Positions 52,118 through 60,528 of a DNA stretch of 64,000 nucleotides are shown here, in pieces. A program made the position numbers and the translations under genes. The DNA comes from Escherichia phage vB_EcoM_I14.1, in the sequence record PP892526.1. One strand, written 5' to 3'. Within the stretch, counting starts at the first letter, position 1, and each line of letters opens with the position of its first letter. The notes under the pieces were generated by a model. That model did no database searches. It was not told where the DNA came from and saw only the letters and a program-made list of their open reading frames with translations.

Positions 52118-52930
52118 ATGAATACTACTGTAGACCAGATGCTTGAAGAAAAAGGTATTGACGAAGCATTCTTAATCAATGCCGTAGAAAGCATGGCTAT
52201 GATTCTTCGTGGAAACAACTACACAGAACAGTTTATGCCTGCAAGCTATAACTTGCCTAAAGACAAGTCTGATAACGGTGCTTTTGCAGAACAGGTTAAT
52301 ATGATGCTGTGTGACAAAACACTTGCTTTAGCATCTATCGTTGTAGGTGTTGATGCTCTTGCAGAGTTCATTTTTTATGAGATGCAGAAAAATGACTATA
52401 TTGCCATGACCTCTGAAGAAAAAGACTCGCTACTGCTCTTAGGTAATAATGAGCTAGTTGACCTGTTAATTTCGTCAACGAGTGCTGTTATGGCTGCTCT
52501 TGAGAAGCGCATGGTAGAGAAGCTGTCACGATATGAAAAACTTGATTGGGGTGTAGAAGAGTTAAACCCACGAATCAAAGAGATTATCCAGCAAACTAAA
52601 GACTCTTTAGCAGAAGCTGTGAAAGATGATTCTGTAGCTGATGTAGAACCACTACAGGTGAAGGTCGCTCTGATGATTCCAGCTATCTCTACAATGATGA
52701 ATATCGTTGCACTAATCCAACTTTCTCAGATGTTGGGTGTAACCATTGAGTTCGTTGAGGAGATGACTGGTGGTGTCAGTATGCAAGCAATCAATGATGT
52801 TTTGGTAAACATTGGTGCTTCAATCATTGAAGAGAAGCTACGTATTAACTTCGGTGATGATTTTGTGAAACAAATCTCAGCTATGGCTGAAAAAGAGCAA
52901 TCACAGATTACTAGTGACCAACTGCACTAA
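52118..52930 (+). CDS. hypothetical protein
   Basis: 270-aa ORF. Confidence 0.6.
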   Translation: MNTTVDQMLEEKGIDEAFLINAVESMAMILRGNNYTEQFMPASYNLPKDKSDNGAFAEQVNMMLCDKTLALASIVVGVDALAEFIFYEMQKNDYIAMTSEEKDSLLLLGNNELVDLLISSTSAVMAALEKRMVEKLSRYEKLDWGVEELNPRIKEIIQQTKDSLAEAVKDDSVADVEPLQVKVALMIPAISTMMNIVALIQLSQMLGVTIEFVEEMTGGVSMQAINDVLVNIGASIIEEKLRINFGDDFVKQISAMAEKEQSQITSDQLH

Positions 52931-52948
52931 GTCTTTATAAATCTTACA

Positions 52949-52972
52949 AGCCTCCTTAGTTGGGGGCTTTTT
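52949..52972 (+). terminator. rho-independent terminator
   Basis: AGCCTCC-ttagtt-GGGGGCT TTTT; near-identical hairpin to 1167-1194 on the opposite strand. Confidence 0.7.
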
Positions 52973-52991
52973 AGTAATTAAGGGAGACAAA

Positions 52992-53735
52992 ATGAGTAAT
53001 ATTATTGCATTTACTGGAAAGGCACGTTCTGGAAAAGACACCTCATGTTCGATTGTTAAGAATATCTTAGAAGATGAGTATGGCTACAATGTTGCAGTAA
53101 TGGCATATGCAGACAACCTTAAGCTTTCTGCATCAAAGATATTTGACCTGACTTGGAATGACCTATACGGTGAAACTAAAGAGACTCCACAGGTTTTTGA
53201 TTTATCATACTCTGAACTGATGTTCAAAGTTACAGAAGCTATGGAGTTCACCTTCAGAGATGAACGTTACCATATGGACTTTAAGCTTATGTCGGAGTTA
53301 ACCGGACGATTAATCATGGAACTTAAGAAGGTCGCTAAACCGACTCTATTGACACGTCTGGGGTTTAGTAAAAAGTATAAATTCTCATCAAGGCAAATTC
53401 AACAGATTTGGGGCACTGAAGTTATCCGTAAAGTTATGGGTGACAAATTCTGGGCTAAAGACCTCGAAACACGGATGGTTCGCTTCTTTGAATCTTGTTC
53501 ACTAAGGAATCAAGAGGGTGTTGTTTTAATCAGTGACTTAAGGTTTGACTCTGAAGCTGAGTGGCTGAGTAGATTTGCACACCAAACTATTGAAGTAAAA
53601 AGAGACAATGTGGATAAGGTTTCATCACATGTTTCAGAAAATGGGATTTCTACCAAATATGCGCGTGACATTATCCATAATAATGGTACTCTTGAAGACC
53701 TTGAAAGCAAGCTAAGAGCTATCCTGAAAATTTAA
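52992..53735 (+). CDS. deoxynucleoside monophosphate kinase
   Basis: P-loop FTGKARSGKDT resembling T4-type dNMP kinase N-terminus. Confidence 0.7.
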   Translation: MSNIIAFTGKARSGKDTSCSIVKNILEDEYGYNVAVMAYADNLKLSASKIFDLTWNDLYGETKETPQVFDLSYSELMFKVTEAMEFTFRDERYHMDFKLMSELTGRLIMELKKVAKPTLLTRLGFSKKYKFSSRQIQQIWGTEVIRKVMGDKFWAKDLETRMVRFFESCSLRNQEGVVLISDLRFDSEAEWLSRFAHQTIEVKRDNVDKVSSHVSENGISTKYARDIIHNNGTLEDLESKLRAILKI

Positions 53736-53743
53736 AATGGAGA

Positions 53744-53944
53744 ATGAAGATGAGAGTAAAAGATAATTTCAAGGTTATTGACCATCGTTTAGTGGAACTC
53801 TCATCTCTTTCCAATGAGGTAATGATTGAACGTCTTAAGAGAGTTGAATCACGAAGGAAAGAGATTGCAGATGAAATTCATGAACTGGACAAGATTGAAA
53901 ATGGATTGAAGGCAGAACTACAACGAAGAGGTGCTAATGTCTAA
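53744..53944 (+). CDS. hypothetical coiled-coil protein
   Basis: 66-aa ORF. Confidence 0.5.
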   Translation: MKMRVKDNFKVIDHRLVELSSLSNEVMIERLKRVESRRKEIADEIHELDKIENGLKAELQRRGANV

Positions 53945-55922
53945 AGGTCGTAAATTGAAAGAGGCTGGTCAGTTTATTGGTCATTGTGCATGTCCACGTT
54001 GTGGTTCATCCGATGCTGGTTCAATCTACCATCATGACGATGATTCTTATTCGATGACTTGCTTTAGCTGTAACAAAGGTTTCCCAGAGTGGGATTTTGA
54101 TAAAGGACAAATCGTGAGCACTTATTCTACTGGTTCAGATAATAAAAACCGTACTTTCCGTGGAATGGATTTAGACGATGTAAAAGAAAACCTAGAAGCA
54201 ATGGACTTGAAAGACAGGAAAATTCCTGCAAAAGTCCTTGAACGTTTAGGTATCAAGGTTGATATTGATAGTGACGGCGAAATTGATGCGCATTTCTATC
54301 CAACTTACAAACGTAATGAAGATGGCAAGCTAGAACATGTTGGTTATCGTGTTCGTCACCGTTACCCAGAAGACCACCCAAAAGAACACCTACGTGGTAA
54401 GCTAAAAGACTTTTCAGGTGGTGTTGGAGATATTAAAGGCGAACTGGCAATGTTCGGTTCATGGATTGCTCCAGAAGGTGGGAACCGACTGTTCATCTGG
54501 GAAGGTGAGATGGAATGTGCGACAGCTATCTACATGACTTCTTTGGCGATTAAAGATAAGTCTCGTCGTAAGAATTACTGTCACGTATCTGTTCCATCAG
54601 GTGCAAACATTAAGTCTATTAAGGACAACTATCAGTACATCACATCATTTGATGAGATTTACTTGTGCTTTGATAATGATGAAGCAGGTGCTAAAGCTAC
54701 CAAAGAGGCTGCTGGTATCCTACCTATTGAGAAGGTTCGTTTGTTCCAGTATCCAGAAGGTGTAAAAGACCTTAACGAATGGTGGACAAAGTTCTATAAA
54801 GAGAAAGACACAGTTCTGGAAGGATTTAAACAGCGTATCTACAACGCACCTCGTTACTGCCCTGCTGGTATCAAGAACTTCGCAGATGGTTTTGAGGCAA
54901 TGAAGAATCGTGGTCAGATTCCATTGATTCCTTTCCCAGAATCTTTCGGGGATTTGAATAGGTTGACTTATGGTGGTTACGGTTTAGGTGAGATTACAAC
55001 TCTGGCAGCACCATCTTCAGTAGGTAAATCAGCATACACCCGTGAAATGATTTACACTGCTTGGAAGGAAACCGATTACAATATTGGTGTAATTCCAGTT
55101 GAAGATACCTATGAAGAGTTGATGGAGATGCTCTGTGCAATCCACCTGAGCAAGCAGATTTCTGAGATTCCTTATGACGAACGTGATTGGGATGAATTAA
55201 AGGAAGCACACGCAGAACTATCTAAAGGTCGTCGTATCCACATCGTAGACCATCAAGGGGCAATTGACCAAGATAACCTGCTGGAATTTGTTGACTATCT
55301 TGTTAACAGTTTAGACTGTAAGATTATTATTCTTGACCCTATTACGTTGGCTCTGTCACGTTCAGATACGGATGAAGAGGAAGTTTTGTCTGAACTATTG
55401 CGTCGTTGCAAACGCTACCAGTATGCACAGGTTAACGTCTGTCACGTTCGTAAGAGTGCAGGTGGTCAGAAAGCCAACTCTGAAGGTGGAGATATCTCTG
55501 AAGAGGATATTAAGGGTTCTGGTGCATACTTCCAGATTTCCATGAACAACATTCTGTTAATGCGTAACAAGGTTGACCCAGACCCTGTTAAGAAAAACTT
55601 GACAAAAATCAAGTTAACTAAGTGTCGTCGTCATGGTAAGTCAACAGGTATTGCTGGTCATACTTGGTACAATCCAGACACAGGACGTCTTATCAAAGCT
55701 TCTGGGTGTGGTGTTGACATTGATGGTGCAGCAGAAAATATTCGTCAACAGTTTGGTATTGGTGAAGCTGAAGACCATTATGACGACTCTTTACCTCATT
55801 ATGAAGATGAAGTGTTTGACCGTGAGACTGGTGAAGTCTATACTGAAGAACAGCGTCAAAGCTCAACGATTCCACCTGTATTAAGTGAGGATGCAGATGA
55901 CTGTCCGTTTGAAACTGAGTGA
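53937..55922 (+). CDS. DNA primase-helicase (T7 gp4-like)
   Basis: N-terminal Cys4 zinc finger CACPRCG..CFSC, central toprim-like region, Walker A GLGEITTLAAPSSVGKSAYT. Confidence 0.8.
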   Translation: MSKGRKLKEAGQFIGHCACPRCGSSDAGSIYHHDDDSYSMTCFSCNKGFPEWDFDKGQIVSTYSTGSDNKNRTFRGMDLDDVKENLEAMDLKDRKIPAKVLERLGIKVDIDSDGEIDAHFYPTYKRNEDGKLEHVGYRVRHRYPEDHPKEHLRGKLKDFSGGVGDIKGELAMFGSWIAPEGGNRLFIWEGEMECATAIYMTSLAIKDKSRRKNYCHVSVPSGANIKSIKDNYQYITSFDEIYLCFDNDEAGAKATKEAAGILPIEKVRLFQYPEGVKDLNEWWTKFYKEKDTVLEGFKQRIYNAPRYCPAGIKNFADGFEAMKNRGQIPLIPFPESFGDLNRLTYGGYGLGEITTLAAPSSVGKSAYTREMIYTAWKETDYNIGVIPVEDTYEELMEMLCAIHLSKQISEIPYDERDWDELKEAHAELSKGRRIHIVDHQGAIDQDNLLEFVDYLVNSLDCKIIILDPITLALSRSDTDEEEVLSELLRRCKRYQYAQVNVCHVRKSAGGQKANSEGGDISEEDIKGSGAYFQISMNNILLMRNKVDPDPVKKNLTKIKLTKCRRHGKSTGIAGHTWYNPDTGRLIKASGCGVDIDGAAENIRQQFGIGEAEDHYDDSLPHYEDEVFDRETGEVYTEEQRQSSTIPPVLSEDADDCPFETE

Positions 55923-55992
55923 TAGTTATAAAAGAGAGGGGTTCATACCCTTCTTTGAAGAAAAAAGTTTAAATAAATTTCAGGAAGAGTGT

Positions 55993-56021
55993 TTGACAAA
56001 GATTGATAGGTTCTATAGAAT
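55993..56021 (+). promoter_or_regulatory. sigma70-like promoter TTGACA-N17-TAGAAT
   Basis: Direct reading. Confidence 0.55.
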
Positions 56022-56174
56022 GCTCTACATGAAATGTGATGGAGGCGTTGAGGTAGAAGAAAAGTTCCATCACAGTATGATAACAGTCACTATTACTATA
56101 CCTCGACATAATATTGGTTGGTTGTTTATAATTAAAGAAAATGTGTTTGAATATCAAGTATATCGGAGAATATC

Positions 56175-56324
56175 ATGAAACACTCTAAAGCATTTGAAAA
56201 AGTTTTTGGGGATTCCTTAAAAGCCACTGCTGGCAAACCAGCAAAATACTATGAAGAGAAGCGTGTAAGAACTGGAAAAACTGCACGTAAAGCAGCTTCT
56301 AAAGATAAGCACAACTTCCAGTAA
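56175..56324 (+). CDS. small basic protein (49 aa), absent from ORF track
   Basis: GGAGA RBS 5 nt upstream of ATG; hand translation MKHSKAFEKVFGDSLKATAGKPAKYYEEKRVRTGKTARKAASKDKHNFQ. Confidence 0.5.
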   Translation: MKHSKAFEKVFGDSLKATAGKPAKYYEEKRVRTGKTARKAASKDKHNFQ

Positions 56325-56331
56325 TTAATGT

Positions 56332-56360
56332 TTGACAATAGAGTATCAACAAATTAGAAT
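56332..56360 (+). promoter_or_regulatory. sigma70-like promoter TTGACA-N17-TAGAAT
   Basis: Direct reading; upstream of SSB-like gene. Confidence 0.55.
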
Positions 56361-56396
56361 TGGTACTCTTCATAAATTGAGATAGAGGTTTAAATA

Positions 56397-57254
56397 ATGT
56401 CTAAAGTTGTTAAAATGAAAGCTCCGGTAGAGAAGTACAATGGTACTGAACGTCAAACTCTGCGTTACCTGCTGAAAGATGTCTGGTTTTATTACCTGAA
56501 CACTTCACCACGTCCGGGAAAAGGTAAATCAATTGATAAGAAATTCCCAGGAAAAGACTGCAACTACAGTGTTTCAATTCTGGCAGAAGATGGTAACAAG
56601 CTGTTTAAAGAGTTCACTAAGTCTAAGAAAAACCCAGAAGGTTGGGATAAAGTTACTACTGAAGCAGTTGATGCAGATGATTTCGAAGAGAAGTTTGGTT
56701 GCAAACCACCATTTGAAGCAGACACTTACTACATCTTGAAAGTAAGTCGTGCAGCAGCTTATAAGGATGGTGCTGTGTGGACAGCTAAACAGTCATTCCC
56801 TGTAATGCTGATTGAAGAAGTAAACGGTAAGCGTGTAGCTGTTAAGCAGCCGATGAAGAAAATCAAAGCTCAAGCATCTGATAAGCATGAAGATGACAAG
56901 AACTATGATGTAATTCATCCAGATATTGCAGTTGGTAACGGTTCTTTTGGTAGTGTGATTCTTTCTACTCACTTCTACACCTTTGAGAACAATGTTCTGA
57001 CAAAACCTATTCAGGAACAGTTTATCATTGATACTCTTGTGCCTTACACTGGTGGTAACGGTGCTAATGGCGAACCTGAACTGGATGAAGACGAACTTGC
57101 TATGCTTGGTCTTGATGGTGTTGAAGATAACGGTGAAATCACTGAAGAAGATGCAAAAGACCACAAACCTTCGAATGATTCTGATGATGGTGACGATGAA
57201 GACTTGCCAGACCCAGATGACGAAGAAGATGAAGACTTCGATACAGAAGACTAA
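56397..57254 (+). CDS. single-stranded DNA-binding protein candidate
   Basis: Strongly acidic C-terminal tail DDGDDEDLPDPDDEEDEDFDTED, position in replication module. Confidence 0.5.
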   Translation: MSKVVKMKAPVEKYNGTERQTLRYLLKDVWFYYLNTSPRPGKGKSIDKKFPGKDCNYSVSILAEDGNKLFKEFTKSKKNPEGWDKVTTEAVDADDFEEKFGCKPPFEADTYYILKVSRAAAYKDGAVWTAKQSFPVMLIEEVNGKRVAVKQPMKKIKAQASDKHEDDKNYDVIHPDIAVGNGSFGSVILSTHFYTFENNVLTKPIQEQFIIDTLVPYTGGNGANGEPELDEDELAMLGLDGVEDNGEITEEDAKDHKPSNDSDDGDDEDLPDPDDEEDEDFDTED

Positions 57255-57273
57255 TCTCTAAAAGTTACTTTAA

Positions 57274-57300
57274 AGCCCTGTACTTAGTATGGGGCTTTTT
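57274..57300 (+). terminator. rho-independent terminator
   Basis: AGCCC..GGGCT hairpin then TTTTT. Confidence 0.65.
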
Positions 57301-57316
57301 CATATGGAGAGTCACA

Positions 57317-58357
57317 ATGGAGAAGTATACGCTAACAAAACTTCCCGATTCAGTTACACATGTCTTTATCGACTCTGACAGTATTGCCTATAAAGGTGCT
57401 TGTGTAGTTGAGAAAGCAAAATATAAATATGTCAATAAACTCACAGCAGAAGAATCTGAACCATTTGATAATGCAAAAGATGCAGCAAGATGGTTAGCAG
57501 ACCAGAGAATCCTTGTAGAAGAGCTTGGCCTAGCATTTGATGAAGATGAATGGGAAAGACAGACTTGGAAAGAAGCTAAGAGTGAAAAAGAAGCTATCAT
57601 GGCTACTCAGCAGGTTCTTCAGGAATGGCTTAAGGTTGTTGGTAAAGAAAGAACTTGGGTAGGTTACTTAACAGAGAAGGGTGTACATAAACATAAAGAC
57701 ATTAAAGGTCTTGAGCACCAATATCAAGGTAACCGTAAAGAGGCTGTCACACCAACACACTTAGTTGCTTGTCGTGAATATCTTTTATCCAGACCAGAGT
57801 TCAAACTCTTAAAGGGTGGCTTCGAAGCCGACTCAATCGTTATTGCTAAAGCTGAAAAGATGGGTAAGAAAGCTGCTCTTATGAGTATTGACAAAGACCT
57901 TCGACAAGCTGAAGGGACTTATTGTATTGATATGACTTATGAAAAGTCACCACTAATTTTTATTGCTGATAATAATGTTGGTGATATCTGGGATTGCCCT
58001 ATCAAATCAAAACCAAAAGCTGCAAAAACAGTTGGTGTAGGTTTTAAATTCTTGTGTTATCAGGCTGTTGCTGGAGATAATGCAGACAACTACTTCGGCC
58101 TTAAAGGTGCTGGCAAAGTAGCTGTGATGAATGCTTTAGATGGTAAAGAGACCTATAAAGAGTGTCTTGACGCTATCTATGAACTCTATGCTAAAAAAGA
58201 CTCTTATACCTATGTGTCATGGGATGGACAGACTGTCACAAAGACACCATTAGAGTTAATGGAACAGCATTTCTGGATAGCATATCAAGAGAGAAATCCA
58301 AAAGATAATTTCTCTTTTAAGAAATATAATTGGGAGCCGTGTATGAATGAAGATTAA
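57317..58357 (+). CDS. 5'-3' exonuclease (T7 gp6-like)
   Basis: Segments SIDKD and GDNADNYFGLKGAG resemble T7 gene 6 exonuclease (from memory). Confidence 0.55.
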   Translation: MEKYTLTKLPDSVTHVFIDSDSIAYKGACVVEKAKYKYVNKLTAEESEPFDNAKDAARWLADQRILVEELGLAFDEDEWERQTWKEAKSEKEAIMATQQVLQEWLKVVGKERTWVGYLTEKGVHKHKDIKGLEHQYQGNRKEAVTPTHLVACREYLLSRPEFKLLKGGFEADSIVIAKAEKMGKKAALMSIDKDLRQAEGTYCIDMTYEKSPLIFIADNNVGDIWDCPIKSKPKAAKTVGVGFKFLCYQAVAGDNADNYFGLKGAGKVAVMNALDGKETYKECLDAIYELYAKKDSYTYVSWDGQTVTKTPLELMEQHFWIAYQERNPKDNFSFKKYNWEPCMNED

Positions 58358-58844
58358 AGGATTTGGCAATTGTCCTACCTATGGTCATTGGGTATCTTTA
58401 TGTGGGGAAGTTGACCCCACTAAACATTTTGGTTTTGTCTATTTAGTACACTGTAAGAAAACCGGACAATATTATATTGGAAAGAAACAGCTTAATAGCG
58501 TGACCAAAAGAAAAGTTGCTGGCAAGACTCGGAAGAAGGTAGTCACTAAGGAGAGTGATTGGATGACTTACGAGACTTCTTCTGAGTATATTAAAAAAGA
58601 TATTGAGAGCTTTGGAAAAGAATTTTTTGACTTTTACATTATCCAAACCTACTACACGAAAGGTGGCCTAGTTTATGGTGAAGCAAACCTCCAACATAAA
58701 TTCGATGTAATGACAAAAAGGATTGACTCTAAGCTCAGACTCTTCTACAATGCCAATATTGCAGCAATTAAGTTTATCACTAAAGAAACTTATGAAGATG
58801 CTGAAAAAAGAATCCATAAGGTAATGAAAGCAAATTGTGCTTGA
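58347..58844 (+). CDS. GIY-YIG domain protein
   Basis: N-terminal FGFVYLVHCKKTGQYYIGKK matches GIY-x(8-10)-YIG. Confidence 0.55.
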   Translation: MKIKGFGNCPTYGHWVSLCGEVDPTKHFGFVYLVHCKKTGQYYIGKKQLNSVTKRKVAGKTRKKVVTKESDWMTYETSSEYIKKDIESFGKEFFDFYIIQTYYTKGGLVYGEANLQHKFDVMTKRIDSKLRLFYNANIAAIKFITKETYEDAEKRIHKVMKANCA

Positions 58845-58865
58845 TAACTATTGAGAGAGAATAAA

Positions 58866-59096
58866 ATGTTTAACAAAAGTAAAGCTGTGAGTCATGTAGC
58901 AAAGGTTGACAGCAAGATTGAAGAACTTGAGCGCATTCTTGCAAATGCCAGAGAGTCAATAATTAAAGAAGTTGAAGCTGTTGAATCTCAAATGCAGCAC
59001 CTAATGCTTAAACGTCAAGAGTTACGTGAGCATCTGGAATATATTGAAACACGAGAGCTAAAAGTTAACAGGTTTTTAAGGAGTCCAAATGTTTAA
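58866..59096 (+). CDS. hypothetical coiled-coil protein
   Basis: ATG 58866 with GAGAG RBS (track start 58851 is TTG). Confidence 0.5.
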   Translation: MFNKSKAVSHVAKVDSKIEELERILANARESIIKEVEAVESQMQHLMLKRQELREHLEYIETRELKVNRFLRSPNV

Positions 59097-59844
59097 CTCA
59101 AGAGAATCAGTAAAAAACTGGAATCTTCGTTGCGGAAACACACAAAAACAACCTTACAGTGATGAGTATTGGGAATCTTTGAAATCCCAGTCTCTGTGTA
59201 TGCTTGAAGAAGCAAAAGAGCTTGTAAAAGCAATTGAAGAGAAAGACCCCATTGAGACACTGGATGCTCAGGCAGATTTGCAATATGTTCTTGACGGTCT
59301 AATTTATCTGTCACAACATGACCACAATGGCGCTATGGAAGCTGTTTGCCATAATAATGACCTGAAGTACACAGATGACTATGAAGAAGCTTTAAAACGT
59401 CTTGCAGATATTGAGAAGCGTACCGGTCAAGAGTGTATTATCAGAATGTCAGTGGTTGATGGTAAAGAGTGGTATGCGATTGTCCGTGCAGCCGATGGGA
59501 AGATTATGAAGCAATCAAATCTCCCTAAAGTTCAACTTGGTGAATACATTGTAGAGCTTGAAAGCCAAGAACTTTTTGTGGTAGTATCTGAGACATGCGT
59601 TATCTGCAAAGGTATTGTAGGTAGCTTAAAGGATTTGGGTGTAGATGGTTTTGTAGAAGTTAATCCAATTACCTCTAAAGCAGACAAAGATTTCTGTAAA
59701 GAGAATGGACTATGGATTGCAGATATTGTCTACTACGATGGTGAGCAGTTCCATGTAACCTCATACCCGAAACTGAATTATGATGCTAATAACCTGAAGT
59801 GCTGGTTGAAAGGGGTTGGTTATAATGGATTCACAGAACATTAA
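59089..59844 (+). CDS. hypothetical protein
   Basis: 251-aa ORF. Confidence 0.6.
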   Translation: MFNSRESVKNWNLRCGNTQKQPYSDEYWESLKSQSLCMLEEAKELVKAIEEKDPIETLDAQADLQYVLDGLIYLSQHDHNGAMEAVCHNNDLKYTDDYEEALKRLADIEKRTGQECIIRMSVVDGKEWYAIVRAADGKIMKQSNLPKVQLGEYIVELESQELFVVVSETCVICKGIVGSLKDLGVDGFVEVNPITSKADKDFCKENGLWIADIVYYDGEQFHVTSYPKLNYDANNLKCWLKGVGYNGFTEH

Positions 59845-60148
59845 TAAAGAAGGTGTGGCTCAGAAGAGCCACTTCTCAAACTACAATATCTCTATGACGG
59901 TGTTTATGAATGACCCGTTACTTGAGAAGTATGGTGAGACTCCAGATACACTTCTGGACAATGAACAAGTTTTAAAAGCAGTCCTGTACAAATATGGGAT
60001 TGATATTGAGAAAGAGTATTCCTTTGAAATCTGCCAACACAGAAATACTTTTGGTAAAGTTGTGATGGCTCCACTCTTCATGGGTGTAGAAAGAACCGAC
60101 TATGGTTGGTTATATCTAAAAAGAAACTTGGAGAAGTACCGTGTCTAA
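59816..60148 (+). CDS. hypothetical protein
   Basis: 110-aa ORF. Confidence 0.5.
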   Translation: MVIMDSQNINKEGVAQKSHFSNYNISMTVFMNDPLLEKYGETPDTLLDNEQVLKAVLYKYGIDIEKEYSFEICQHRNTFGKVVMAPLFMGVERTDYGWLYLKRNLEKYRV

Positions 60149-60482
60149 AGCAAAAAAGTTATCTTATGATGACATTATCTCAGGTGCTAAGTTAGGTGTT
60201 GACAGTATCGGACAAGACGTTAAGCACGGAGACACAGTTATGTACTGTGATGACCGAAGAGGGAGAAGTGCAATCTTGTTTGGAAGAATTGTTTGCAAGA
60301 TGCGAGGTAATTACGTTGTTGCAGACATGGATGTGAACGTTACACAAAAACTTGAAACACTTATGGATGATAATACATCATCATCATGGTTCTTCCTGAA
60401 TTGTATGCACACTTCTTCAGTCACAAAAGTAAGTGATAAGTTTTACGATATGTGGCAGAATGAGCAAATTTTCAAGATTTAA
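60141..60482 (+). CDS. hypothetical protein
   Basis: 113-aa ORF. Confidence 0.55.
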   Translation: MSKAKKLSYDDIISGAKLGVDSIGQDVKHGDTVMYCDDRRGRSAILFGRIVCKMRGNYVVADMDVNVTQKLETLMDDNTSSSWFFLNCMHTSSVTKVSDKFYDMWQNEQIFKI

Positions 60483-60487
60483 ACTAG

Positions 60488-60511
60488 GGAGCCTCTTCGG
60501 AGGCTCTTTTC
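60488..60511 (+). terminator. rho-independent terminator
   Basis: GAGCCTC-ttcg-GAGGCTC TTTT. Confidence 0.75.
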
Positions 60512-60528
60512 ATCTGTAGGATTTAAAA

